The position numbers and the translations under genes were made by a program. Shown here in pieces: positions 28,891-43,321 of a stretch of 64,000 nucleotides of DNA. Source of the DNA: the human T2T-CHM13v2.0 reference genome, Homo sapiens. The first letter of the stretch is position 1. Each line of letters starts with the position of its first letter. The notes beneath the pieces were generated by a model, which saw only the letters and a program-made list of their open reading frames with translations, ran no database searches and was not told where the DNA came from. Location of the stretch: the NCBI RefSeq assembly GCF_009914755.1, contig NC_060939.1; one strand, given 5' to 3'.

Positions 28891-30743
28891 CGAGAAAATT
28901 GCATGAGCTAATGACCCAAGTCCTCATGTCATTCACCACTGTTGCACCAGCTATGGCTATATGGGCACCACTTATGTTCAGCTGATAGAGGAAGGGAAAA
29001 GCCAAGCTTTGTTCAAAACAGTTGGGCCAGTTTGATGTAGGAATACAAACCAGAAAAGGTCTTTAGTATTCTCAGTCCCACTCATGAATAACCCTAAAAG
29101 ACAGCAGTGAGGGGACATCCTCCCAATGGACTTCAAGTGATGCACCTGGCCACTCACTTTGTGTGGAAAGTGGCTCAAGGTCAAATATATCTAAACTCAT
29201 GGGCAATTGTAAATGGGTTGGCTGGTTGCTTAGTGGCCTGGAAGGAGAAAGAGTGAAAGATAAGGAATAAGGAGGTCTGGGGAAGAGGAATACGGAAGTG
29301 GACATGAAGTGCAAAGAGCTTCATGAAGATCTTTGTATACCATGTTAACGCCTACCATGGAAGAGGCAATTTCTAGTCAAATGGACAGACTGATTTGGCC
29401 AGGTGATGTCAGACAGCCCTTTCTCATTAATCACCCCAGTGCTGGCAAGCAGGCATATGAACAGAGTAATCATGGTGGCAGGCACGGAGGCTGTGCAAGG
29501 CAGCTTACAAAATAGGTGATCTAGTTTCTGCTGCTGCTGAATATCTATCAGGAACAGAGATTACTGCCGAGCCCCTGACAAAGAACAATTCTTCAGAGAG
29601 TCCAATCGGCCATGTGGTGGCACAGCAATTACATTAAACCTCTTTCTCCATGGAAGGGCCAGCAATTCATCTTGAAGGAAATCAACACATACTTAGGATA
29701 CAGGTTTGCCATTCCTGCCCATAGATCCTCAGCCGGCACCATTATCTAAGGACTTACTTCATGTACGATTCACTAACACAGGAGCCCACAGAACATCCTG
29801 TTGTACCCAGAAACTCACTTTAGAAGAAAAGAGGTACAACGATGAGCACAGGACCAGCTGCTGACTTTATAAGGTAAAGGAACACCCTTTTGAAAGTATT
29901 GCTGAAGTACCACATTCAATATAATACTTAAGGCTGGAGTCCTTAAGCATCCCGCATCCTCCAGGATGCAGTGTCCACCCTTAATAATAAGTGACTATTA
30001 TACAGTACTGTGTCTCCTCTATATAGATTACATGGTTCAGGGTGGAAATAGGGCTAATCCCTCCTACCATCTCACTCAATAACCTACCCAGGGAATTCAT
30101 CCCTTCCATCTCCACGACTCTGAGCTCTGCAGCTCTAGAGAGTCTGGTTCCAAGAACAGAAACACTTATACCAGGAACACTACACGAATCCCATTAAACT
30201 TTAAGCTACAGCTGTTGGCACTTTATGTTTCTTGTGCCAAGAGGTCAACAGGCCAAAAAAGGCATCACCATTTTGGCAGTGGTAATTGATCAGGAGAAGG
30301 TTGAGCTATTGTTACACATGGTGACAGAAAAGACTATTTGGCTCCCAGAAGGACTTCTTGGGCATCTCTTGGTAATACCCTAGCCAATCGTAATGGTAAA
30401 TGGATAAAAGTAGTAGTCATGGCTTGAGAAGGGCATGATGACTACAGGCTCAGATCCTTCATGGATGAAGGTTTGGGTCACCCAACCAGGTAAGCCACCT
30501 GGAGCAGAGCTTTCAGCCAAGGGGAAGAGAACTCTACACTGGGTTGTAAAGAAGGGATTTGATGAGTGTCAGTTGTGTCCCTGAGAACAGCTGCATTGTT
30601 GAGAGCTACAGTTTGTCCCATTAATCTTCCTCTTGTACATTTCCCTAGGAAAAGAAGCAAACCAGAGTTCTAGAGGAGCTCTTCCCAGATAGGGTGATTT
30701 TTTTAAATAAGAAATATGTGGTCCAAGAGTTGAAAGGGGTAAC

Positions 30744-31181
30744 TGAAACAATCACTTTGATGCACCACAAGCTTCCCCGCTTCAGTTCTGAGGGCTTATT
30801 CCCCCAGTGGCCAGATATGTTATCTGCTGACAGCTAGCTGTTGAGTCTTTCTTTTGGAATTGCTCTTGGCCAAAGGGAGATGCCTCACCCAAGGTCATGA
30901 CCTCTCCCTGGAGACAACCTGCATCCAATGAGAAGTCAATGCAAGAGCACAAAAGCTCGGCCCCCTTGCCTCAGCTTGGGACAACTCACAGGAGAGCTCC
31001 AAACTCCAGCGCTCCTCAGGATCAGCTGAGGCCATTGTTGCAATACATCATAGTTCATCTTCTTCCTTTGCCCAGTCCTTTTCCTCACCCTCTCAAGGGC
31101 GTTGAGGGCACTCCTTTAAAAAATTCCCACACAGAGACTCTCTGTCTCTGAGTCTATTTCATTGGAACATGATCCAAAACA
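30744..31181 (+). mobile_element. 3' LTR (LTR16C-like)
   Basis: TG...GCTGACAGCT...GCCTCACCCAAGGTCATG...CATCCAATGA...CCCCTTGCCTCAG...CA; homologous to the 5' LTR. Confidence 0.82.
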
Positions 31182-33554
31182 TAATATATATCAAAATCCT
31201 TGAAAACATTCATCCATTTTAACCCAGTACTCTCACATCTAAGATAGTCTAAGGTAATGAGAGATTAAATCATAGTTTTGAGTTTGCTGTTGTAACATTA
31301 TAATTTTTTAAAAACTATAAAGAATCTAAATGTTCAAAAAGAAAGAAATAGCTAACATAATGGTATAGAATTCTTTACAGCCATTACAGTTCATATTTTT
31401 GAGAAATATAGTGACATAGGAAAATGTTCACAATATAATTTTAAGTGAAAACAGCAGGATATAGAACTATAAAATTATAAATGGTTTGCAAACATATTAC
31501 TTAAAGAACTATCACCTTTAAGAGAAATGCAATGACCCCAGTGGTAAATATATTTAAAAAAATCTAAGGAGATAGTCAAATTTTGTTTAATTGAGTAAAA
31601 TTTGATCTCATAGCCAGACCTATTTTTAGGTAAAATAAAGATAGTAAATTCTCTAGCACTGGATATTTGAAGAACAGCACAAATGACACTTGGCTTGCTG
31701 TAGAGTAGAATTAAGCATGAATTTAAAATGTTTAAGGTACCATTTTGCCCTCCGGAATTCCATTCTGCAGTGAGTGTCTTAGAGATGTGTGGTTTTGGTC
31801 GGCTTGCCTCTGCTTTCCCTTGGCTGGCCTGGCTTTGGTTGATTTGTCTTAGTTAACAACTTAACTCTTGAAGACATCTGACTTCTTTGGCTAACTTTGA
31901 CAATTAGGCAAGAAGAAATTTGTTTGATCATCTCCACCTCAAAACCCTACTACCTTTAGACCTTTATCACAAGCATAGAGGAAAAGAATTCAAAGAAAAG
32001 AAACTCATGTGAGATGTTACTACCAAGTATCTCTAGGCAATAGGAAGGAGTAACCCAGACCCACCATTAAGGGAAGGGGAGTGCTTTTAGAAAATAAGAT
32101 TGTATATTGAGACAAACTAATTGTGATGTTGTTATGTCACATGTTTAAATAATCCCAGGTGCACATTCTCTCACTTTCATCAGAACACAACCACACCAAA
32201 GCAGGTCAAAGAATCTGACTCCTTTCCACCACCAAGCCTCTTAACATTTTCTAGACCTGAATACAAACCAAACACTCTCATTTTCCCAATTTCTTACTCC
32301 CACTCAAGATATTTCAAACACGTGAAATTGATTATTTGAAGGTTTAAGGGAGTGAAATTTAAGATTAAAGACATTCCTTCCCCAACCACTGCTCCGCACT
32401 CACATGGCAACTTGGCCTATGCTATAGACAGGGGAGATGACATTTAAGCTCCATGCAGAGATGAGCCCTGTCTTTGAGTTCTTTGTGGCCTTTCCTTCAG
32501 TGAAGAGTGTCAGTCCCTGTCTGTCCCTGCCCTGCCCCTTCTAACCACAGATGTCCTAGCCTGGCCATGGATGTGGAGTTCCTCAGAGCAAATAGAGTCC
32601 ATGATTTTGTGTTCTCAGGGGTCATCAAGGTGTGCTGATAGCTTTATCTTCCCTTTTCACTTCATTTTTCTCTAATATGTGATTAAAATGCAGGGCTATC
32701 CCAGAAGGAGTTGACTAGAGAACTAAAAAACAAACAAACAAAACAAAGGGACCCCAAAATGACTTCATGGTTAAAAGAAAAACATAACAGTGAAAAAATA
32801 AAGGCATTATAATGAACTCTTCTCCATACTCTCTAGAGCCCTGGGGAAATCTCTTTGATGTAGAATCACTGAATGAAGAAAAGCCCATGTGAAACCAGAA
32901 CACTTGGGTTTATCCAACAGATATTTTTAAAGCACTTGCTATGTATCAGGCACTGTGCTAGATACTGAAGATACATAGACCTGGACACTGCCCTCATGGA
33001 AATTATACTCTAGCAACTCAGATTTATCAGTCCCACAACACTGGGTAGACCGCACAACAATATCAGGCACAGTAGTGCCGTGAGCTTATCCATCCCGTAC
33101 ATGTTCCCAGGAGTGCTAAGAAAGGGAAATAGCAGCCAGAAACATCCTATGAAAAGATTACCTGGAACGACTCAAGAAAATCTGCCCAGGTGCATCTGTT
33201 TACCTCTCCTCCTCTGCCAAGCAGGAGAACAATATTGAATTGGAGAACACATATGTTAATAACTCCAAAGAGAGGCTAGTATCTCAGCTTGAGCACCAGC
33301 TCCCTGGATGCTACTATAGTTCTGGGCAAAACTGCAAAGCAGCCAAAGTTGGTCTTGCAACCATCCCAACTTTAGCCCATTATCAATCTCCCAGACATCA
33401 CATGCACATAGCCTACCCTAAATCTGCCCCAAATCCTTCAATCAGCCTAGACATGCCTCTAGACTAGTGTCTGGTTTAAAATGTAAATGAGGTTTAACCT
33501 TACCAGGGATGCCTCAACATCCCCTGGCAGACCTTCCACCCAGACAGGAAGAGG

Positions 33555-33735
33555 TGGCATAATGGAGCAAGCATGGGTTTGGGGCCAGAAAGACCTGGTT
33601 TTCTACCCCAGTTTCACAACTTACTATTTTGTGACCACAAGCAAGTTACTTAACCTCGATTAAGCCTCAATGTTCTTGGCCACAAAATGCAGATAATAAT
33701 GTCTGCCCAAATATATTTCGGGAAGATTAAATACA
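33555..33735 (+). mobile_element. MIR
   Basis: AGACCTGG...ACTTACTA...GTGACC...GCAAGTTACTTAACCTC...AGCCTCA...AAAATG.AGATAATAAT. Confidence 0.75.
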
Positions 33736-34574
33736 AACAAGTTCTTCATTTCTTATCCTATCCTTCCTCATCTCATAAGGGGAACCAATAAAGCTCAGCA
33801 AAAACACAAAAAAGACATTGATTTTATTTATTTATAGGCATTGGCAGAAACCCCATCATGAACAGGGAAACCCTTTGGAATTCTGCTGCAATTGATTGCC
33901 TTGGCTGGGAGATGTGAGGTTCCTGGAGCAATGTGAAGAAATCCAGGGGATCGCCTGGGCAGGACCCAGGCCTCTAGGCAAAATGTGTGGAACAAGCCAT
34001 CGGTTTTATAATCCTCCTAAGAAAGATCATGAAAAGCAAAGTGCATTCTTAATTATTTCAAAGAGCTCTGGATTCTATATAATCTGTCCTGGAAATAATG
34101 AAGAGAAGAAAGACAAAACTTGGCTTTATTTACAGAGGTGACGTTACAGGGATTCACCATCTATTATTACCTGGCAATACCTTAGGGCTGGCCTCCACCA
34201 CTGCTTTTTATGAAGAGTAAAGTACACGTGAAGTCTGTTGTTCAAGGCCCTGACCCACATCCAACCTGGACTCCCACCACTCTCTCTCAGGCATTCTGGG
34301 CTAAGCTGTAACTCAGCCGTGTCTTCCCTACACTAGCGACAGTCTTCTGCTTCATCCTGCCCTTCTCTCCACCTACCAAGCCCTCCTTTCATGTCTTCCC
34401 ATCAACCTTCTCCATATAGCCAAGCCCCTGCTCAAATGGACCCTCTCCATCAGGGAGAGGTAACAGAAGCTAGAACCCAGGCTCAGGGTCCATAGACCAG
34501 GCCCCAGGGCCTACTGGGGCCAGTCAGTATGGTGGTCTCGATACCACAGACCTGGGACTCAGTCCATAATGTGG

Positions 34575-34755
34575 CTATCAACCAGGGTGCCCTTAGAATT
34601 AACTCAGGAGCTTTTAGAAACATATAAATGCTCATATCCCCACCCCAAACCTTCTAAATCAATATTCCATAGGGGATAAGAAAGGTATCTGGGTATCTGA
34701 ATTTTTTAAAGACTCCACCCTGGATTCTAATGCACGGCCTCAGCTGAAAACCATG
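34575..34755. mobile_element. MER5-like fragment
   Basis: TTAGAATTAACTCAGGAGCTTTTAGAAA...CCCCACCCC...GATTCTAATGCAC...TGAAAACCA. Confidence 0.55.
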
Positions 34756-36139
34756 GCTCACAGATAGGAACTCCTCTATAAAAAGGAAACTAGATACTAT
34801 GCCATGACTTCATAGACTCTACAAATAGAGCTGATGGAAAATAATACAAAAAACAGTAATTGGACAACCTGAACATTTACAAATCAAAGGGGCCAGGTGA
34901 TAAGTAGTTTGGGGTGTTCAAAGATCTGAGTAAGAAACCAGTGAAAAGTTTCATTATTTCTCACAACTTACTGGGAAGCAGATGGGTGGAGGGGAGTGGA
35001 AACTGAAAATGTCTGGACATTTGTTCTGAAACTAACCAGCACCTGTAAATCTGTAATTAGCAAAGTAAGGATAGTTGTGGCTAAAAATATAGTTTGTAAA
35101 TGTATCAAGGACAGTGGAATGTCTCAAGCAATAAGCAAAACGGCTTTCTTAAGGACAAAAAAATCCAAAACAACATGATATCTTGTTTTGGAAAGGGTAA
35201 CCATATGAGAAGACAAAAGAAACACAGCAGCTGCTGTGTTTGGGGCTTGAGTTGCAGCATTTCATACAACAGCTCATGAAATTTTAATTGCTGACATTTA
35301 AAGGTTCAAATTGGCAGGGAGAGCAAGTCACATGGGTTGAACACTAACAAAAGATTACGAAGGAAAGGTGAGGCTCTGTGGCACATCTCCAGCAAGAAGA
35401 GGTGCTTAGCAGGGTGCCCTGGGGTCAGTGCTTGCTCACTCCAGATTGGATTCTGCATTCTAATTAACAATGTGGAAGAGAGAACAAAAGACCCCTGAAA
35501 GATACCAGAAGAAGACTTGCAAAGGGGGATGAGGGCAACCCCCAGAGAGAAGAGCAAAATGAGACAGGTGAGCCCACAAGGCTTAATCTATAGGAAAAAA
35601 CAGCAGACAGCTGAGACTACTTACAAAAAGGCAAACTAGCTCATTGGAGGAAAATTCACTAGAACCCCTTATATTTTAGAAACAAAAGGACACAGACCAC
35701 AAAAATGTCTCAACTATCAACATGGGTAAGAGTGTCCAGCACCCTGGAGAGGAGGTCAGGCTGTACAGGAGGCAGCCAACCCACCTTCAGATCAGGATCA
35801 GCAGAGGCATTGCCAAGACAAAGTACATTCAGAATACTAATTAATATCTATCAATGGTTTCTCTCTAGAAAAAAAAATGAAATGCCACAGGGAATGTCTA
35901 TTAACCAAATAATCCACTTGAAGATCTTTTTGCCCAACTGCTGTCATAATTTGGTTTCTCTTTCTAATTTCAGGTTAAGTTCACACTACTGTCATAATTT
36001 GATCAGCATGTGCAAACAGCCAAAACCAGAAACACATCCATACCTCTACAGCAGCCTAATCTAAGAAGAAAAAGGAGAGGTTGGGTTGGTGGTCAAAGGG
36101 AGAAAGGAATTTTCATTCCCTGTATCTGCCCCTGGGCTA

Positions 36140-36350
36140 ATAACAGCCACCATGAGCTGAGTGCCTGGTAAGAGTCAAGCCCTGTATGAGGCACATCATT
36201 CGTATTGCTCACTTTAACTGCAATGGCAGAGTTGTGAGGCAGTTATTAGACTTATGACTTGGAGAAACTGAGCAACTTCCATACACATCTAGCAAATGCA
36301 ATTGTCTGGATTTGAACTTGTGTCCCTCGGACTTCTCAATCTATGCTCTT
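36140..36350 (-). mobile_element. MIR
   Basis: TAATAACAGCCACCAT...TGAGTGCC...GAGAAACTGAG...GGATTTGAAC. Confidence 0.6.
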
Positions 36351-36829
36351 TCCCTGCATTGTTCAGTCAGCCCCTGTTCTCTTTAAGAGGGTTTTCTCCC
36401 CAGTTCCCCCAGCTCCCCACTGCCCTCTATTCTGCCTCTGTGCCTGAGAGGCCTTGAGAGCCTTGAGAGCATCACTGGACAGCCCTGGCATACAGACCCT
36501 TTCACTGGGGCCCGGCCAATAAGCAAGCTTTTCTTTTACACAGAAATGTTTGTGGCAGTCTCCACCAATCTCACTGTCCCACTAGCTCCCTGTGGAGTCA
36601 GGAAGGGCAAAGATCCCCTTCTTCTGGGTGTGATCCTACTCCTTGGAAATGCTTCACGTAGAATTCTATGGATTCCAACTGCTGGTGAGTCAATCTCTGC
36701 CCCCCCTGGATTAAGAATCAGGTAGAAGGAATTGAAAAGGAGCTCTGCAGCCAGCAAGCATTTAAAAGGCCATAGAGAAAAATGCAGGACCGCTTGAGAA
36801 GGGCAGATAGCAGAGCAGCTAGGAGTGCC

Positions 36830-36990
36830 CCTGCTGGAGCTAGAGTGTGAGGGTGTAAATCCTGGCCCCAGCATGTTCTATGTGCACTTGGGCAACCTGC
36901 CCAACCTCGCTCAGCCTTTCTTTTCATATCAGCAAAATAGGTTGTAGTGAGCAACAGGGTAAAGCACTTAGTAATGCTCAATGGATGCTA
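36830..36990 (+). mobile_element. MIR
   Basis: AATCCTGGCCCC...CTTGGGCAA...GTAAAGCACTTAG. Confidence 0.6.
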
Positions 36991-37716
36991 GAGAAACAAA
37001 AACGGAGCAGAGGCAAAGATTCCAGAAGCCTCAGGATGAACTTTCGGCATCCCTAGATGGAGAACTTTCATATACTTAGTCTCCCTTGTTCACTTCTCCA
37101 GGGACTAGTCCTTGCTTCTCTTGTCTTGTGTAGACTAATATACCTCTGAAGTTGTTCTTGCAACCATTTCCCCTAAGTAGATGAGGGATAACAAACAAGC
37201 AAAATATGTACTGAAGTTGGGTGGCTGCAAGCAATGGACTTCTTTGAGTGGAGAAAAAAAGGGAAGGAGATGTGGGGTGGGGAAGAAGGAGAAATTATCA
37301 TAAAATTGGATTCCAAAGCATTCAGTATGAACATTCCCAGCAATAGCAGATGCTTTTTGCCTGCTTTAGATAAGACGTCTATGATTTAGACCTCTGCGCA
37401 AACTGAGAAGCTGTTGGATGTTGAAACATTAAATCTAAACACCGAATGCCTGAACCCAAGCAGAAGAACAAGCCCAAACAAGCCTGCAGGCCCCGCTACC
37501 CATCACATCTCACCATGAATCAAAAACGCACTACTTAGGCCAGCTGCCACTGCAGCTGCTGCCAAAGCACAAGGTGGGTGGGACCTGAGCAGTGTTCTAC
37601 CATCAAGGAAAGAACTGGATGAGGGTCCTGCTTACTCGGTGGGTGGGTTCCACGTGGAAGGGTTTCCTGCCACACACAGGGTCCAGCATGAGAAATGGCA
37701 AAGGCGGGGAACAATT

Positions 37717-37902
37717 CAGGGGTGCCCAAGGGAGAGAATACAGTCACAGGTTCTTAGTTGCTGTTTCTGGTTAGGCCAGTAAAGCCCCTTCCTCATCCCT
37801 CTTTTCCATTTATCACTAGAGACAGAAACTAAAAGCCATGGCTTCAGGCTGCTAAAAGCCTAAAACAAAATAAAAAGAACAACAAAATAAGGCGGGTTGG
37901 AC
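37717..37902. mobile_element. MER107-like hAT-Charlie element
   Basis: CAGGGGTGCCCAAGGGAGAGAATACAGTCA...CACTAGAGACAGAAACTAAA...AATAAGGCGGGTTGGAC. Confidence 0.65.
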
Positions 37903-38237
37903 GTGCCAACTAAATGATTGTATATACTATTTTACTATAGCTACTGCCCCCAAAGGCACCTTTGGATGCCATCTTTGGATTTCTCACGATTTTTCAATAT
38001 GTAGAACATAGTAGATTCTCACACAATATCTGCAGAATGAAAAAATAAAAGTGTGCATGCAAAGGGGTGGCTGGGTCACTGTAGTCCACCCCAGAGAAGA
38101 CGGGAAAATGCATTTTGCTAAGGCACACAGTGATGAGAGGCATCCCACATGGTAGAAAGAGAACCAGACTCGGCATCCAGCCTCTAAATGAGTATGTACC
38201 AGAATTTCCCAAGGCTCTTGTTAAAAACGCAGATCCT

Positions 38238-38530
<293 letters not shown>

Positions 38531-40299
38531 AAAAACACAAATCCTAAGTCTTCCCTCTCCAGGAACTGAAATTCTGGAGTGGGGCCCAGGAATTTGCTTT
38601 CCTAACAAGCTCCTGGGATGATTTTGATCCAGGTGGCCTGTGGTTCATATTTTAAGGAACAACCATTCCAAGTCTCACTTAATGGTAGCCTTACCTTGAG
38701 CTTCAAAGATGACCAGCATGCTGGCCACATTTTCCCCCAAGGGGGTCTCTTTAGCCTCTTAAATGCTAATGGATACCAGCAGCCTCTAAGACCTATGTGC
38801 CATGTTATGTTCTGGAGGAGATGACAGGCAAACCCACTCATCAACAAAGGGCTTATTTGTAAGAGAAGTTCCTGGTGGGGCCAGTGGTAAGAAAGCAGGG
38901 GTAGCATTATCTGAACCATAGTCCATGCCCCACTAAAATTTCTGTCACAGGAAGTAAGAGCCTTCTGCGTAAAAGCATGTGTCCCTTGGAGAGAACATTC
39001 CTGGAAAACATAGAGGTTTTTATTGCTTAGTTTTAGAAAGGGGACAGGGTCAATCCCCCCATTACTATGAAATATGGGTAAATTGAGAGCGTAGTATGCT
39101 GCAAAGCATCATAAAAATAATTTTACATTGTTACTGGCTTGACTTTAATGGTGGGTTTTTAGGAGGAAAAAAATAATAAGAGAAATTTTTCTGAGTGCTC
39201 CGACAGGAGAGAGAACTCTCTTCAGAGTTAAGAGACATCTGTCGCAAAGCTGACTGATCCCAAGAGGGGTGAATTCTTGGAAGCCCAAGTCCAAGACGCA
39301 CAAAACTCTGAGTTCAGGAAACAGCCCCTCTCTGGAGAAGGAGCCTCACCAGGTGTGTGAGAGTGAAGAAACCAAACACAAGACTAAGGAGGAACTATTA
39401 ATAGCAAGCTTAGCTCCCAACCTAAAGCCAATGAAGTGAAATGCAATCTGCACCCTGTATCTAGGCCAAGGAACCAGGAAGACAATGCTGTGCCCTCACC
39501 CGTGCTGGATGCAGTCTGTCAGCCTCAGGCTCAGCCCTCTGCAGCAACCTGATGCCCTGCCTTCTTCCAAACCAAGACTGTCTTCTATTTTGTTCTACTA
39601 GTGTTTATTGAGTGCCTACTGTATACTCTTGGAAGTGTGAAGAAATGATCCTACCTGCCTAGCAGTGTGTATACCTGTCATTCCAGACCAGTTTCCAGTC
39701 TCATCTGAGATCATAAGACACCCATAAAGTCCCCTGCAGAATGTTAAAGAACAATAAATGATGAGAAATTCACATTACAAGATCTAGAAGCACAAGATAC
39801 GCATAAATGAGTTGTATCCCAAAACTTTCTTTTTAAATTCATAGTTTAAAGGTCAGAACCCATTTTCCAAAGGGACAGTGCTGTAAATAGTCAGGTGTGT
39901 AGTCTAAACCTAACAAATTCATAGTATAGCTAAAATTATACACATGTGCCATAAAAACAAGGAAAACATTTCTGCTACATTATTATAATTACATTTAAAA
40001 TAACTCAAAAATATTTTTGAGCAGTTATCCTTAGTGATGACATCCTTGGGAAATAATGTTTAATTAGAATTTAATGAAAGAGAGATTTCTGTAGAAAGTA
40101 TGAGGAAACTGGACTCATAAGGACTTTAGATTCTTATCTCACATTCTTTAAAAATTTTTTCTCTTTGTAAAAATACTACATGGTTTTGTGGAAATTTTGG
40201 CAAATACATTAAAATTTTAAATACAGATATAAAAAATAAAATTTAATATGAAACCAAAAATTAAAAGCTAATATGTATTTCTGTCCAAGATTTTTTAAT

Positions 40300-41370
40300 T
40301 CTAAATACATATGCATGTATTTTTTACTTGAAAAACAAGTCACAAATATTTTTGTAATCTACTTTTTCACCTTTCTATTATCAAATTATCTATTTTATCA
40401 TAGTCTTCTCAACATCGTGTATTAGCTTTCTTCTTAATCCTTGCCAAATTGCTCAATTAAAAATTATATCTCATTTTAATTTTTATTTATTCGATCACTG
40501 TTGAAATTGGTCTTTACTCTTCTCCAATTTAATGGCCACTTGTATTTTATCTATATGTAATTATAATTAATTATCTTTTGCATTTTTTACCTACTTTTCT
40601 GCTGGACTGCTTATAGTTTTCTTGAGCTGAAAAGATTGTGAATATATAATAATACCTCCTTGGTTATTTACATATTGTAAATATTTTCATGGTTTGTCAT
40701 TTAATTTTTATCTGGTTCATGGTGTTAACATACAGAAATTTTAAGCTTTATACAGTCAAATCTATCCAGTTTTTCCCTTTTAGTTTCTCCCTATGTTTTT
40801 AAATATTGAAACTATTTTCCCGGGTGATCCAAGTTCATTTGCGCTTATATGATGAAAAGGTCAAATCTATATAGATAGAAATACATCGACAGGCCTTGCC
40901 TCTACCCCTACTGTCTGCACCTCATTTGTCCCCATCACCTGTAGGGAACCAATTTTATTTGTGTCTCACTGATCCTTCTAGCACATCTTTTTGCAAACTT
41001 TAAAACAATTATCTAATTGATCTTTCTGGAATAGGTACATGGTATTGCATTTTGAAAAGGTTGTTTTTTCCATTAAATTTTGTAATTGTTTACAGTTGAT
41101 ATCAAAGAAAACTGTTGATTTCTGAACCTTTATTTTGCCTACATTCATCTTGTTGATCTAGTAATTTTTTAGTTGATTGTCTCGGGTTTTTAGATGGACA
41201 ATTATATCATTTTTATGATTCATATTGATAATTTTGTCTTCTACCTCCAAATAGTATGTTGTTATTATAGTTCTTATTTTATTCCATCTAAATAAGCCAT
41301 GATTTTACTTTGTGATGGCTTTATAATTAGCACTATTTATGGTTTTTAATCATAATTGTTATCTATCTTT
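40300..41370 (-). mobile_element. Very old L1M (ME/MC-type) fragments, AT-rich
   Basis: Reverse-L1-like motifs such as TACAGAAATTTTAAG...GTCAAATCTATC and TTGATTT...TTTATTTTG...TTTTTAGATGGACAATTATATCA. Confidence 0.55.
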
Positions 41371-41424
41371 TCTAGTTCTTAAAGGGCATGGCCGTGCCAC
41401 ATCTGGAGTTGCTGTTATCATTTA

Positions 41425-42150
<726 letters not shown>

Positions 42151-42759
42151 CACTCTAAAGCACACACATTTGTATACACACCACAAATGCACAGAAGAGA
42201 TTCCTTCACTATTGGCGATAGGTTTTCAATATGTCCTAGATTTTTGGAGGAGACAGAGTGATCTAAACTAGTTGCACAGATTAACTAGATGATTGTTAAA
42301 TGAACTCTAATCCAATAATACTCACCTTTTATAAAGATTAGAGTCAACTCAAAGATAAAAATTTTTTAAAAGCATGAGTTAAGAGCTTTTACTTAATTCT
42401 TCTCTTCCCCTTGGAAAGCATAAATTAACTAAAGTTTACTATGATTACTAGTGGCTGAATTCCATATTTAAATTTATAATCATGTACAGCATAGCTAATA
42501 ATTTAATTATAAGTGTAAACAATTCCCAAGACGCCAATAGTTCATTGTCAAATCTTACCTGCTTCACAAAATTTGGGTAATCTATGGTCTAGAAAAGACA
42601 CTGCCTTTTATAACATTGAATAATAACAAAATGGCCATATATTCAATAAATACTAAGTAATTACTAAATAATTCAGCCTGGTAAACCATTTTTAATTGTG
42701 TCAAAAGCCAAAGGTATCATTCAATCTTTCCTCATTTGAGATGTATTGCATTTCTTATA

Positions 42760-43321
42760 TGTGATGGTTAATTTTAGGTATAAACCTGACTGGATTAATG
42801 GATACTCAGGTGCTTGGTAAAATAATATTTCTGAGTATGTCTGTGAGGGTGTTTCTGAGAGATTAGCATTTGAATCAGAGGACTGAGTGAGGAAGATTGC
42901 CCTCACCAAGAAGGGTGAGCATCATCCAATCCATCAAGGGCCAAAGTAGAATAAAAAGGCAGAGAAAGGGCGAATTTGCCCTCCTGGATCTGGGACATCC
43001 ACCTTCTCCTGCCCGCAGACATCAGAACTCCAGGTTCTGGGGCTTTAGGACTCAGGGATTTACACCAGTGCCTCCCACCCCCCAGATTCTCAAGCCGTTA
43101 ACCTCGGACTGAGAATTATACCATCATCTCCCCCAGTTTTCAGGCCTTTAGACTCAGACTGAATTATACCTTTAGCTTCCCTGGTTCTCCAGCTTCCACC
43201 TGGAATATCATGAGACTTCCCAGCCTCCAGAATAACATGAGTCAAAGCTCATGTACCCCGCTCTTAGAGAGAAAGAGAAATTCTATTGGTTCTGCTTCTC
43301 TGGAGAACCCTGTCTAATACA
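42760..43321 (+). mobile_element. Older MLT2 (B/C/D-type) HERVL solo LTR
   Basis: TGTGATGGTTAATTTTAGG...GTCTGTGAGGGTGTTTCTG...TCTGGAGAACCCTGTCTAATACA. Confidence 0.85.

Larger units (their letters stand above)
23958..30743 (+). mobile_element. ERV3-16A3-like (ERVL) internal region with decayed gag/pol, interrupted by AluY and L1M
   Basis: Integrase relics: YEQSNHGGRHGG (cf. ERVL HEQSGHGGRDGG) near 29457-29500, and WW..YI.PL and INTYLGYRFA-like motifs at 29610-29715. Purine tract GAAAGGGG before the 3' LTR. Confidence 0.75.
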
